A DNA stretch of 40,987 bases, taken from Gammaproteobacteria bacterium. GTDB taxonomy: Bacteria > Pseudomonadota > Gammaproteobacteria > Burkholderiales > SG8-39. The position numbers and the translations under genes were made by a program. Below are positions 16,528 to 26,004 of this stretch, piece by piece. The stretch lies in the NCBI GenBank assembly GCA_041488375.1, contig JBGPPD010000004.1, forward strand, positions 1 through 40,987, read 5' to 3'. Position 1 is the first letter of the stretch. Each line of letters starts with the position of its first letter. The notes beneath the pieces were generated by a model that saw only the letters and a program-made list of their open reading frames with translations, had not been told where the DNA came from and did no database searches.

Positions 16528-17660
16528 TATGGCAGCAGAGGTTTCATTGGTGAACGCGATGATACGCCCGCGCACAAAAAATCTGCGCAGCAGTACCTGA
16601 TGACCCGCCGCACCGGATTTGCGATGGAAATGAAGCTCAACCTTCCGCCGCGCCGCTGTTGCTCGCCTTGCAACAACACGAGGAGCCCGACGAATGCGCT
16701 GTCCACGTACGAGACGTTTCCCATATCCAGATCGATATCCCTGCCGGCGCGAACCACGTTGGAGAAGCAGGCCCGCAAGGGGTGGATATTCTGCATTGTC
16801 CACCCGCCCCGCAAGCGGATCAGAAAGCCGTCTTTCTCCTGAATGGTTTCGATACCCGGCGTTGCCAACTGATCGGCGGCCGACTTGCGCAGCAGCAGAT
16901 ACCAGGCGTAGGGAAGCACGCGCGTCATCACGAGCGCAAGAAATGCCATCCCATCCCGCAAATAGCGCCGGCTCAGCGCAGGATCTTCCTTGATCCGCCA
17001 AAGCCACTCCAGGCCGCTGTTCTGCACCCACGCCGGTGCCCGCTGCACTGCGCCTGCCACGAAATTCAGGACGGCGCCGAGGTGGCTGATCACTGGCACG
17101 TTCACCTGCTGCAGATTGCGTTGAATCCAGGCCTGGCCCTTGCGCGCCCCGAGCGATACGACGAGAAAATCCGCGTTGCTGGCGTTGATGTCCTGAATGG
17201 TCTCTTCGCTGCTCATCTCCTCGATGGAGCCGAATCCGGGAGACTTGTGTCCAACGCAAGTCAGACCCCCGTTCTCCAGCGAAAGTGCCCGGCATGCCGT
17301 TTCGGCCGCTCCATCAGGGCCGCCGAAGAAGTAGATCGACAGCTGTTCCCCAGGGCCGCGGCGAAGCAGTTCGAACAAGCTGGAGCCAGCGACCCGCCCG
17401 GGGATCGGAATGCCGAGCAAGCGCGCAATCCATACTACCGGCATGCCATCCGCAATGCTCAGGTCGCTGCGTATGACTGAATCGCGAAACTCCCGGTCGG
17501 CGAGGCTGGCCACGATGAAGTTCAGGTTCGGGGTCGAAAGAAAGCACTTCCGCCTTTTCTTGGCAGCGTCGCGAATCCTGCCCGCGGCCCCTGCCAGATC
17601 CACAGCGTCAAACGGCAGTCCGAGCAGGCAGTAGACATTGCGCTCGAACACATCAGCCAA
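16527..17660 (-). CDS. WecB/TagA/CpsF glycosyltransferase with C-terminal STAS domain
   Basis: LSTPNLNF, IADGMPVVW, RVAGSSL, LGARKGQAW, RAPAWVQNSGLEWLWR; C-terminal LRGGW...IDLDMGNVSYVDSAFVGLL. Start (TTG 17660 or GTG 17651) uncertain. Confidence 0.9.
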   Translation of the reverse strand: MADVFERNVYCLLGLPFDAVDLAGAAGRIRDAAKKRRKCFLSTPNLNFIVASLADREFRDSVIRSDLSIADGMPVVWIARLLGIPIPGRVAGSSLFELLRRGPGEQLSIYFFGGPDGAAETACRALSLENGGLTCVGHKSPGFGSIEEMSSEETIQDINASNADFLVVSLGARKGQAWIQRNLQQVNVPVISHLGAVLNFVAGAVQRAPAWVQNSGLEWLWRIKEDPALSRRYLRDGMAFLALVMTRVLPYAWYLLLRKSAADQLATPGIETIQEKDGFLIRLRGGWTMQNIHPLRACFSNVVRAGRDIDLDMGNVSYVDSAFVGLLVLLQGEQQRRGGRLSFISIANPVRRVIRYCCADFLCAGVSSRSPMKPLLP

Positions 17661-18573
17661 TCCTTGTCTCCCGGACAATCTGTTCGATCGCCCGCCTCTT
17701 CCCGACCAGGAGCGCACGCCACTGATACCGGCGAACAAATTTCCGGAACTCCGCATCTTCATAGCGTGGCTTGCCTTGAAGGGCACTCTTGATCCAGCCC
17801 CATAACATTGCCAGGGCGCCGAGCACATAGGGTTTCTCGTTCATCCTGTAAATGGCGCTTGCCGCCATGTAGAGGAAGCCGGTGCCCATGAAATACTGGC
17901 CGTAGCCATGGCGAGCGCGGCCGCTGTAGATGCTCCGCTGGCTGGATCCCATCGGTCGCAGGTGAACAAAGCGCAATTCGGGCTCGTCCCAGCTGCATGC
18001 AATCCAGCCCCGCATGCGGCAACGATGACAATCGATCCCGTCCCACATGACCTCGCGGACGAACCCGCCAATGCCCTTGAAGCATGAAACACGATAGAAC
18101 TTGGTCATGCCGAGGGACATTTCGTCGCCATGTCCTTCGGCGATCAGGCGTCCGCTTCGTTCGACATAGGCCTTGCCGCTGCAAGTCGCAATGCACGGGT
18201 TGTCCGACATCCGATCCATGAGAATTTCGAAATAGCGCGGCGGCAAGCGCAGATCGAGATCCAGCTTGCAGAGATACCCGTAGTCGTCGGGATTGACCGT
18301 CTCGTAGCCGGCGTAGAACGCCTCAATGACCCCGGGACCGACCGCCCGCCGTCCACGATCGGCGCGAGTTACAACCGCGATCCAGTCGTGCCGCTTGGCA
18401 TACTCCGCCAGTATTGCCGGAGTCTCGTCGCTCGAACCATCGTCTACGATGACCCACTTTGCCGGCAGGATGGACTGCCCGATCACGGAATCCAGCGTTT
18501 GCCGCATGTACGCCGCCTCGTTGCGGCACGGCGAAATCAGCAGGTAGTTCCGATTCGAGCCAGCGCTGGCCAT
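17653..18573 (-). CDS. Glycosyltransferase family 2
   Basis: LLISPCRNEA, IVDDGSSDET, KLDLDL (DxD), MWDGID. Confidence 0.9.
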   Translation of the reverse strand: MASAGSNRNYLLISPCRNEAAYMRQTLDSVIGQSILPAKWVIVDDGSSDETPAILAEYAKRHDWIAVVTRADRGRRAVGPGVIEAFYAGYETVNPDDYGYLCKLDLDLRLPPRYFEILMDRMSDNPCIATCSGKAYVERSGRLIAEGHGDEMSLGMTKFYRVSCFKGIGGFVREVMWDGIDCHRCRMRGWIACSWDEPELRFVHLRPMGSSQRSIYSGRARHGYGQYFMGTGFLYMAASAIYRMNEKPYVLGALAMLWGWIKSALQGKPRYEDAEFRKFVRRYQWRALLVGKRRAIEQIVRETRIG

Positions 18574-18666
18574 GTACGATGTTAGCGGGAGATCACGCGT
18601 TTCATGATTGCAATTCGCCACGCAGGAAGTACTCGGGAGCCTGCACAAGCGGCACCTTTCGAGGTG

Positions 18667-19638
18667 CTACTTGTGCTCGATCAGCCGAGATTGCCGGCCC
18701 ATACACCGGTGAAGCAGGAACCTCACCTGTCCGAGCATCTCCGGAAACTTGCCCAGCACCAGGAAATAGGCATGCCACCAGTTTTCTCCAATTGACCGCC
18801 CGCCGCGAAAGGCAAGGCGGGCGACCTGAAGCGGATATATCAGCAATAGCAGCATCGCCCATGCCCCGCAAGCCAGGGCAAGTGCGAGGACTGCAGCTGG
18901 AATGCCCAGCCCCCAGACCCACGCCCTGCGCGATTCGCGCACCCGATGCCGCTCGGGCGATGTGCCATGCAGATGCGCGCCATGTGCATAGGAATAGCCG
19001 CTACGCAGCGTCCGCGTCCACCATTGAGCAAATCGCGCCATCGCCGCGTCATGCACGGCCATGTCCTCCCCGGCCCGCCATACGTGCCAACCGGAAGCCC
19101 GCAATCGTACACAAAGCTCTGGTTCCTCCCCCGCGATCATTTCGGCCCGATACCCCCGAGCACCCTCGAACGCGCTGACGCGCATCATGGCTATGCCGCC
19201 GCAGGCCTTCGCCTCGCCTGCCGGGGCGTCCCATTCGATATCGCATAGCATGTTGTAGATCGTCTTGCGCGGATACTTCTCGCGCACTCGACCGCATACT
19301 GCAGCCACATTTTCGTGGTTGGCCAGGAACGTGGCGGCGTACCCCAGCCAACCCTTGGTCAACTCGGAATCCCCGTCCACGAACTGTACGCAGTCCAGGT
19401 GCCAGGCCGATTCGCGCAAGCGCCTGAACCCCTCATTGCGCGCCCTCGCGGCGGTAAACGGCAAGTGCATGTCCAGATCCACAACCGCCACGCCCATGGC
19501 GCGGGCCATGGCTGCCGATCCGTCCGTCGATCCGGAATCCACGTACACCACGGAGTCGGCCCGGGGAACAACCGATTCCAGGCACCGCCTCAGCCTTTCG
19601 CCTTCGTTGCGCCCGATGACGACGACGCCGACATTCAT
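18667..19638 (-). CDS. Glycosyltransferase family 2 with C-terminal hydrophobic segments
   Basis: MNVGVVVIGRNEG, YVDSGSTDGS, ARARNEG, FVDGD, AGEEPELC. An upstream in-frame start at 19698 is also possible. Confidence 0.9.
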   Translation of the reverse strand: MNVGVVVIGRNEGERLRRCLESVVPRADSVVYVDSGSTDGSAAMARAMGVAVVDLDMHLPFTAARARNEGFRRLRESAWHLDCVQFVDGDSELTKGWLGYAATFLANHENVAAVCGRVREKYPRKTIYNMLCDIEWDAPAGEAKACGGIAMMRVSAFEGARGYRAEMIAGEEPELCVRLRASGWHVWRAGEDMAVHDAAMARFAQWWTRTLRSGYSYAHGAHLHGTSPERHRVRESRRAWVWGLGIPAAVLALALACGAWAMLLLLIYPLQVARLAFRGGRSIGENWWHAYFLVLGKFPEMLGQVRFLLHRCMGRQSRLIEHK

Positions 19639-19792
19639 CGGACTTCGCTCTGTTGGCCGATCTTCAATTTCTGTCCGTGAGGAGCGATCATGATGCACAA
19701 ATTCCCTCGCTTGCTAAACTAACATCAACGGACGCGTCCGCCATGTCAGACCTTGTCCGCAATTTCCACTTCCCACCCGCCCTGGCAGGCCG

Positions 19793-20824
19793 ATGAGCGT
19801 CAAGATCCGGCTCCGGAACAGCGCCGCCCGCCTCCTCTACGCGACGGGGCTGACGTCGCCAGGCCTGCGCGGCCGCGAGCGCCTCTCGATCGTAACTTTT
19901 CACCGGGTCCTTCCTGAAGCGGAGCTCAGGGCATATCCGTACCCGGGCCTCGTCGTGACGCCCGAGGAGCTGGACGCGTTCCTGGCATACTTTAGCGACC
20001 ACTTCGATTGCGGCGCGCTCGCCACACAGCATGAACGCTACCTGAGGTGCGAAGCTTCGACGCGTCCCCTCCTTGCCCTCACTTTCGATGACGGACAATA
20101 CGACAACTACCGAAACGCGCGCCCGGTCCTTGCCAGACGTGGGCTGATGGCTTCATTTTTCGTGCCTGTCTCCGCAGTCGAACGGCGGGAGCTCCTGTGG
20201 CACGATCGCCTCGGATTTTCCATCCTTGCTCTGCTAAGACAAACCCAAGGCGGCGAGGAGCGGCTCAAGCGAGTTCTCGCCCTTGCGGGATTGCCGGATT
20301 GCGGATCGCGCGCCATCCTCGAATCCGCCGTGCGGGAGTCCAAGCGGCTCGCTGCGCCGGCGCGCCTGCGCCTGGTCGAAGAACTCGCGGAGGCATCGGG
20401 CAATCCCGCGGCACCCGACTTCGCGCGCCTGATGACGTTCGACGAGCTCGCGGAGCTCGCCGCGGAGGGTCATGAGATCGGCTCGCACAGCATGACGCAT
20501 TGCATGATGCCCGAGTGCGATGACCGGGCGCTGGCCTACGAGCTGATCGAGTCCCGCCGCATACTGCAGGATCGCGTTGGACAATCCGTCGACAGCTTCT
20601 GCTATCCGAACGGCGATTCAGACTCCCGCACCGCCAACGCCGTCGCCAAGGCAGGCTATCGCCGCGCGGTCACGACAAGCTGGGGTCTCAATGGGCCGGC
20701 GGCGAGCCGTTTCCGCCTTCGTCGCTGCGACATGGTCGCCAAACACGTGGCGGACTCGGTTGGAAACTTCGTCCCGGCAGTGGTCGCGTTCCGCATGAGC
20801 GGCTTTTACCCCGGATTGCGCTAG
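19793..20824 (+). CDS. Polysaccharide deacetylase (CE4/NodB-like)
   Basis: FHRV, LTFDDG, HEIGSHSMTH, FCYPNG. Confidence 0.9.
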   Translation: MSVKIRLRNSAARLLYATGLTSPGLRGRERLSIVTFHRVLPEAELRAYPYPGLVVTPEELDAFLAYFSDHFDCGALATQHERYLRCEASTRPLLALTFDDGQYDNYRNARPVLARRGLMASFFVPVSAVERRELLWHDRLGFSILALLRQTQGGEERLKRVLALAGLPDCGSRAILESAVRESKRLAAPARLRLVEELAEASGNPAAPDFARLMTFDELAELAAEGHEIGSHSMTHCMMPECDDRALAYELIESRRILQDRVGQSVDSFCYPNGDSDSRTANAVAKAGYRRAVTTSWGLNGPAASRFRLRRCDMVAKHVADSVGNFVPAVVAFRMSGFYPGLR

Positions 20825-20961
20825 ACAGTTAGGGCCCTGCCACTCGCCGAGAGAGGGAAAAATTCACAGTTTTTGGCAATTTCATCCCCTAAGTCGCCGA
20901 AGCGCGTGCCGATTGCGCAGGGCCAAAGGGGCAGCCATAATGCACGGCCCTGTCCCAGGGC

Positions 20962-23900
20962 ATGACAATGTCGACCCGCGAAACGGCTGGCTACAAGGTT
21001 TTGTTGGGCGCTTTTCTGCCCGCGCTGCTCGCCGCGCTCGTTCTAGTCGGCTGCTCGGAACCGGCCCAGGATTCCGCTGCGCCGGTTGCAGGCGCAGCTA
21101 CGCCGAGTCCTATCGTCCTCTCGGCGAGTGCAGCCTCCACCTCCACCATCAATCTCAGCTGGTCGACATTCACCGGCAACCTGCCGACGACGGGCTACCG
21201 CATATACCGGGGAGGTACGCAGCTTGTCGTCGTGGGCAATGTCACCACTTATCTGGACACTGGCCTGAACGCCGGCACGGCTTACGTCTACACGGTCGAG
21301 GCTATCGACACGGCCGGGAATCCCGGCGGGTTATCGGCGGCTGCCATCGCGACCACGGGGACACCGGACACCACGGCACCCACCACGCCGGCAGGCCTGA
21401 CTGCGACCTCGTTTTCGTCCTCCCAGATCAACTTGAGCTGGACCGCGGCCACCGACAATGTGGCGGTCACAGGATATGGCATCTACCGTGACGGCGCCTT
21501 GATCACCGTCTCGGCGAATACCACCACCTACCAGGACACAGGCCTCAATCAGTCCACGACCTATACGTATAACGTGGATGCCGTCGACGCTGCGGGAAAC
21601 ACCTCGATTCAGTCATTGCCGGCTAGTGCGACCACAGCGACGCCTGACACGACGCCACCGTCAATCCCGACCGGTCTTACAGCGACCGCGATTTCAGCGT
21701 CTCGCATTGATCTCAGTTGGACGGCATCAACAGACAATGTGGGCGTCACGGGCTACATCATTCGGCGGGACGGTTCGATCCTGAACACGGCGGGCAACGT
21801 CACAACTTTCCAAAATACCGGACTTACTCAATCTACTACCTACTCCTATACTGTCGAAGCCATTGACGCGGATGGCAATGCGTCGGGGCAGTCGGCCTCG
21901 GCAAGCGCTACTACGGCCACCATCGACACGACCGCCCCGTCGACGCCGACGGGCCTCGCTGCCAGCGCTGTTTCGTCTTCCCAGATCAACCTCAGTTGGA
22001 CGGCGTCCACCGACAATGTGGCGGTCACGGGCTACCGTATTCGCCGGGGTGGCGCGCTTTTGGTGACTTTGGGTAACGTAACGACCTACCAGAACACTGG
22101 CCTTGCGCCTTCCACCACCTACGCGTACACAGTCCAGGCCTTCGATGCCGCGGGAAATTCCTCTGCGCAATCGACAGCGGCAAGCGCAACGACGCAGGCC
22201 ACTCTCGATACCACCCCGCCGACGATCCCCGGTGGCCTGACTGCCAGCGCCGTTTCGTCGACCCAGATCAATCTCTCCTGGTCGGCTTCCACGGACGATG
22301 TGGCGGTCACGGGCTATCGCGTGTATCGGGGAGGCACGCTTCTGTCCACGGTACCGGGCAACGTCACGGCCTTTCAGAATACGGGCCTTACACCCTCCAC
22401 GACTTATTCCTACACCGTCGACGCCGTTGACGCTGCCGGGAACGCCTCCGGCCAGACTTCCGCGGCAAGCGCGACGACGCCGGCGCCAGGAGCGATTTCG
22501 GTGTCCCTCGCCGCCGCCCGCACGTCGGGAGTCGCACCGCTGGCGGTGTTCTTTGACGCCTCGGGCACCACCGATTCCGGGACAAGCAGGCCCTTCCACG
22601 AACTCGAGTACCGCTGGGACTTCGGTGACGCAGCCGGGTCGCCGGTCAGCGGTACCACATGGAATACGGGGAGCGGAGCGGGCGCCAACAGCCGCAATGC
22701 GGCGAGAGGGCCAATGGCGGCGCATGTCTTCGAATCCCCCGGCAACTACACGGTGACGCTCTTCGTATCAAACGGGGCAAGCACGTCGTCGGCCAATGTC
22801 CTGATTACAGTCCTTGACCCCAATGTGGTTTTCTCCAGCACCAATACGCGCTGTTTCTCGACCTCGGGAACTTTCACCGACTGCCCTGCCGGCGCAACGA
22901 CGGTTACCACTTCCGATTTCGATTCAGCGATCAGCGGAAACATCGGTACCGGGAGGCGGCTGCTCTTCCGCCGCGGCGAAACGTTCCAGGCGTCAGCCCC
23001 GAGTTCCATCAAGGTGACGGGGCCCGGGATCGTGGGAGCTTATGGCAGCAGCGGCGCGAAACCGGTCATCCAGGCGGTGGCGGGCTCGCTTGCGTCCGAC
23101 AACGGCATCGTCATGTTCTCGAGTTCCACGACCCCGACGATGAAGGACTGGCGCATCATGGACCTCCAGATCGACGGCGCCAGCAGAAGCACGACTGGAA
23201 TATACGAAGATGGTGGCGTCGACCAGGTAACGCTTCTGCGTCTGGATATCCACCATTTGAGATGGGCCATTGGATTCAATGACGGCATCCTCGACTACTA
23301 CAATTCGAACGGGAAACCCGGCCACCATGTCTTCGACCAGATTGCCGTGGCTGATTGCACGACTCGCAACATTCTCGGGGTCTATTCTTACTACGGCGCG
23401 GCAAAGCATTTTGCGCTTCTGGGAAATGATTTCAACAATAACGGGACCGGGTCGCACGTAGTCCGCATCACTTACACGGATACCGCGGCGATCAGCAATA
23501 ACACCGTCACCGGAGCCAGTACCACTGAGCACAACTTGAAGTTGCAGGCGATGGCCTGGACGCAGGCTAGCGTGGACAACCCCGGAGGCGTCGGGACCTA
23601 TTCGCAGAGCATCGTGATCTCGGACAACAAATTCGTCGGCAGTGGGGAACAATGGTCGGAGGCCATTGGTCCGGAGGACAACGCGGTTGATGAGCGGGTG
23701 CGGCAACTTATATTTGAGCGCAACTGGTTCACAGGAAGCGCGAACAACGTGACTATGCTGCAAATATGGTCGAAAGAGACGACCATAAGAAACAACCTGT
23801 TCGATGCGACGGGAATGGGATCTCACGAGCCTCTTTACGTCACGCGCCGCGGTGGCTCGGGACAGATGACCCCGACTGACGTCTGGGTCTACAACAACAC

Positions 23901-24255
23901 GTTCTATAGTTCGGATGCCAGCAATGATTTCACCGCCATCAACCTCGACTCGGTGGTGACAAATGTCACGATCAAGAACAATCTGGCCTATGCGCCAAAC
24001 GATTCAAGCCATGCGTTCAAGGCCGGCAACGGGGCTTCCGGTGTCGTTGCCACGAACAACTCAACGAATGCACAGGTGGGCAGCACATCTCCAGGGTTTG
24101 CAAGCGCGACGCCTTCGGTGCCGGCAGACTTCAAGCTGAATGCCGGAAGCTATGCCATCAACGCCGGTGCAACCGTACCGGTGTTTTCCGATTTCTTTCT
24201 GACAACCAGGCCGCAAAACGGCCTGTTCGAAATGGGATTTATGGAGAGGCCCTAG
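20962..24255 (+). CDS. Lipoprotein: 5 fibronectin type III domains + PKD + right-handed beta-helix domain
   Basis: Lipobox LVLVG-C (Cys31); five FN3 units (INLSW...YRIYR...YxDTGL...YTVEAxDxAGN); APLAVFFDAS..YRWDFGD..HVFESPGNYTVTL (PKD); Asn-rich beta-helix; C-terminal DFKLNAGSYAINAG..DFF..RPQ..MGFME. Confidence 0.88.
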   Translation: MTMSTRETAGYKVLLGAFLPALLAALVLVGCSEPAQDSAAPVAGAATPSPIVLSASAASTSTINLSWSTFTGNLPTTGYRIYRGGTQLVVVGNVTTYLDTGLNAGTAYVYTVEAIDTAGNPGGLSAAAIATTGTPDTTAPTTPAGLTATSFSSSQINLSWTAATDNVAVTGYGIYRDGALITVSANTTTYQDTGLNQSTTYTYNVDAVDAAGNTSIQSLPASATTATPDTTPPSIPTGLTATAISASRIDLSWTASTDNVGVTGYIIRRDGSILNTAGNVTTFQNTGLTQSTTYSYTVEAIDADGNASGQSASASATTATIDTTAPSTPTGLAASAVSSSQINLSWTASTDNVAVTGYRIRRGGALLVTLGNVTTYQNTGLAPSTTYAYTVQAFDAAGNSSAQSTAASATTQATLDTTPPTIPGGLTASAVSSTQINLSWSASTDDVAVTGYRVYRGGTLLSTVPGNVTAFQNTGLTPSTTYSYTVDAVDAAGNASGQTSAASATTPAPGAISVSLAAARTSGVAPLAVFFDASGTTDSGTSRPFHELEYRWDFGDAAGSPVSGTTWNTGSGAGANSRNAARGPMAAHVFESPGNYTVTLFVSNGASTSSANVLITVLDPNVVFSSTNTRCFSTSGTFTDCPAGATTVTTSDFDSAISGNIGTGRRLLFRRGETFQASAPSSIKVTGPGIVGAYGSSGAKPVIQAVAGSLASDNGIVMFSSSTTPTMKDWRIMDLQIDGASRSTTGIYEDGGVDQVTLLRLDIHHLRWAIGFNDGILDYYNSNGKPGHHVFDQIAVADCTTRNILGVYSYYGAAKHFALLGNDFNNNGTGSHVVRITYTDTAAISNNTVTGASTTEHNLKLQAMAWTQASVDNPGGVGTYSQSIVISDNKFVGSGEQWSEAIGPEDNAVDERVRQLIFERNWFTGSANNVTMLQIWSKETTIRNNLFDATGMGSHEPLYVTRRGGSGQMTPTDVWVYNNTFYSSDASNDFTAINLDSVVTNVTIKNNLAYAPNDSSHAFKAGNGASGVVATNNSTNAQVGSTSPGFASATPSVPADFKLNAGSYAINAGATVPVFSDFFLTTRPQNGLFEMGFMERP
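21110..22480 (+). repeat. Five tandem diverged ~280-bp FN3-coding repeats
   Basis: DTT(A/P)P linkers recur near 21368, 21646, 21925 and 22207. Shared DNA includes tcccagatcaac..agytggac and gacaatgtggcggtcac. Confidence 0.85.
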
Positions 24256-24629
24256 ACGCACCTGCAGCCATATCGATCACGACAGGGAAGTTTCGGCATT
24301 GGTTCAATACGGCGGATTGCTCTAAGAGGCAATCGCAGTGGCGCCGCCAACCCACCAAGCGGCGTGACAGTGTCCATCGCGCCCCGCAGAGAAGGTAGCT
24401 CTACGGCGCCTTCCGATTCGGCGGCGCCAGATCGATCTGCTACTCGAATCACGCGCTCATCGATCGCCCCGCTGCCGGGACCAGCTCCCACACCGGGGAC
24501 CGTCGAAAAAGCTGAGCGCAGTGTATCTGCGCGTTTTGCAGCCGCCGTACCCTATGCCGCAATTTGCTGGACAGGAGACGACGAGGTCAAGCATAGGGAC
24601 AACCATATAGTCCGAGGCACATAGCGAAG

Positions 24630-25988
24630 ATGTCCACTGCTGGAGCATCAACACTGAAGCAGCGCGTACTTCGCGCCGGCGGGTGGAGCCTCGCGGGCTA
24701 CGGCCTCAGCCAGGTAATCCGCTTCGGCAGCAGCCTAATCATGACGCGCCTGCTGGTCCCCGAAATGTTCGGGGTCATGGCAATAGCCACCATGGTGACG
24801 GTTATCCTGGGCTTACTGTCCGACGTCGGCGTGCACCAGAACATCGTCCAAAGCCGGCGGGGCGATGATCCGGCGTTTCTCGATACTGCGTGGACGGTCC
24901 AGATCATTCGCGGGCTGATCCTTTGGCTGCTCGCGCTCTTCGTGAGCATCGCGCTCTACTTTGCGAACGCGGCAGGGTCGGTTCCGCAAATTTCCGTGTA
25001 CGCGTCGCCAATACTGCCATGGGTCGTCGTCACGAGCGCTCTGTCGGCGGTTGTAGCCGGCTTCCAGTCCACCAAGCTGCATACGGCGTACCGAATCTTC
25101 GAACAGCGTCGCCGGATCGAAATCGAGCTCGTCGGCCAGACCCTCTCATTGCTCGTGATGATCGCTATCGGTGTGGTGAGCCACTCGATCTGGGCGCTGG
25201 TCGCGGGAGGCCTGGTCGCGACGCTTGTGACGACGATCTTGAGCCATATCTGGATGAGCGGGCATGCGAACCAATTCCGCTGGGAGGCGGGGGCGGTTCA
25301 GGAGCTGGTCCACTTCGGCAGGTGGGTATTCGTCTCGTCGGCAATCGGAGTCTTCGCAAGCAGGGGAGACCGATTGCTCCTGGGCGCCTTCGTCGAACCG
25401 CATGTATTGGGCCTGTTTTCGATCGCAGCGCTGATTGTTGGCTCAGCTCAAGGCGTGCTGAGCAAGCTTCTGACCACAGTCTCGCTTCCCGCATTCAGCG
25501 AAATTGCCAGGAACCAGCCCTCGAGGTTGCGCGACGTCTACTACAAGATCCGTGTACCTGGTGACATTGCGCTGTTGCTGCCGGCGGGATTCCTGTTCGC
25601 GACCGGCCAGCTTGTTATCGATTTTCTCTACGACAAGCGCTATGCGGCCGCTGGCGGAATGCTAGAGATTCTCGCCCTATCCTTGTTTACTTTTCGTTAC
25701 TTGGTTGCACATCAGGTCTATTTGGCCGTGGGAATACCGCGCTACCTCGCGATCATCAACATTGTTCGCTTTGCCGCGCTTTACGCGCTAGTGCCCACAA
25801 TCTTCTACCTCTACGGTACGACGGGCGCAATATGGGGCATAGCGCTTCACGAGCTTGCGACCGTTCCGTTCATCTACTATTTCAATTCGAAACTCGGCTT
25901 AAACGATCTGCGCCGAGAACTTCTGGTGCTGTTTGCTCTGCCAGCGGGTTATCTATGCGGATCCGCTTTCGCGACGCTATTGCGCTAG
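24630..25988 (+). CDS. Oligosaccharide flippase (Wzx/PST family)
   Basis: LKQRVLRAGGWS, TRLLVPEMFG, LSDVGV, FLDTAWT, FGRWVF, GDRLLLG; many TM segments. Confidence 0.9.
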   Translation: MSTAGASTLKQRVLRAGGWSLAGYGLSQVIRFGSSLIMTRLLVPEMFGVMAIATMVTVILGLLSDVGVHQNIVQSRRGDDPAFLDTAWTVQIIRGLILWLLALFVSIALYFANAAGSVPQISVYASPILPWVVVTSALSAVVAGFQSTKLHTAYRIFEQRRRIEIELVGQTLSLLVMIAIGVVSHSIWALVAGGLVATLVTTILSHIWMSGHANQFRWEAGAVQELVHFGRWVFVSSAIGVFASRGDRLLLGAFVEPHVLGLFSIAALIVGSAQGVLSKLLTTVSLPAFSEIARNQPSRLRDVYYKIRVPGDIALLLPAGFLFATGQLVIDFLYDKRYAAAGGMLEILALSLFTFRYLVAHQVYLAVGIPRYLAIINIVRFAALYALVPTIFYLYGTTGAIWGIALHELATVPFIYYFNSKLGLNDLRRELLVLFALPAGYLCGSAFATLLR

Positions 25989-26004
25989 CCCAGGAAGTCA
26001 TTGC

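Noticed and set aside
20886-20893. CCCCTAAG 8-mer shared with the minus strand near 37079-37086, both in intergenic regions
   Set aside because: Only two occurrences of a short word; cannot be distinguished from chance.
21110-22480. CRISPR array or non-coding tandem repeat
   Set aside because: The ~280-bp diverged units are in frame and encode FN3 domains. There are no identical short repeats with spacers and no cas genes.
24364-24624. 86-aa ORF in the intergenic gap (and its antisense ORFs)
   Set aside because: Low-complexity Ala/Pro/Ser/Arg composition, no clear RBS and no motif.
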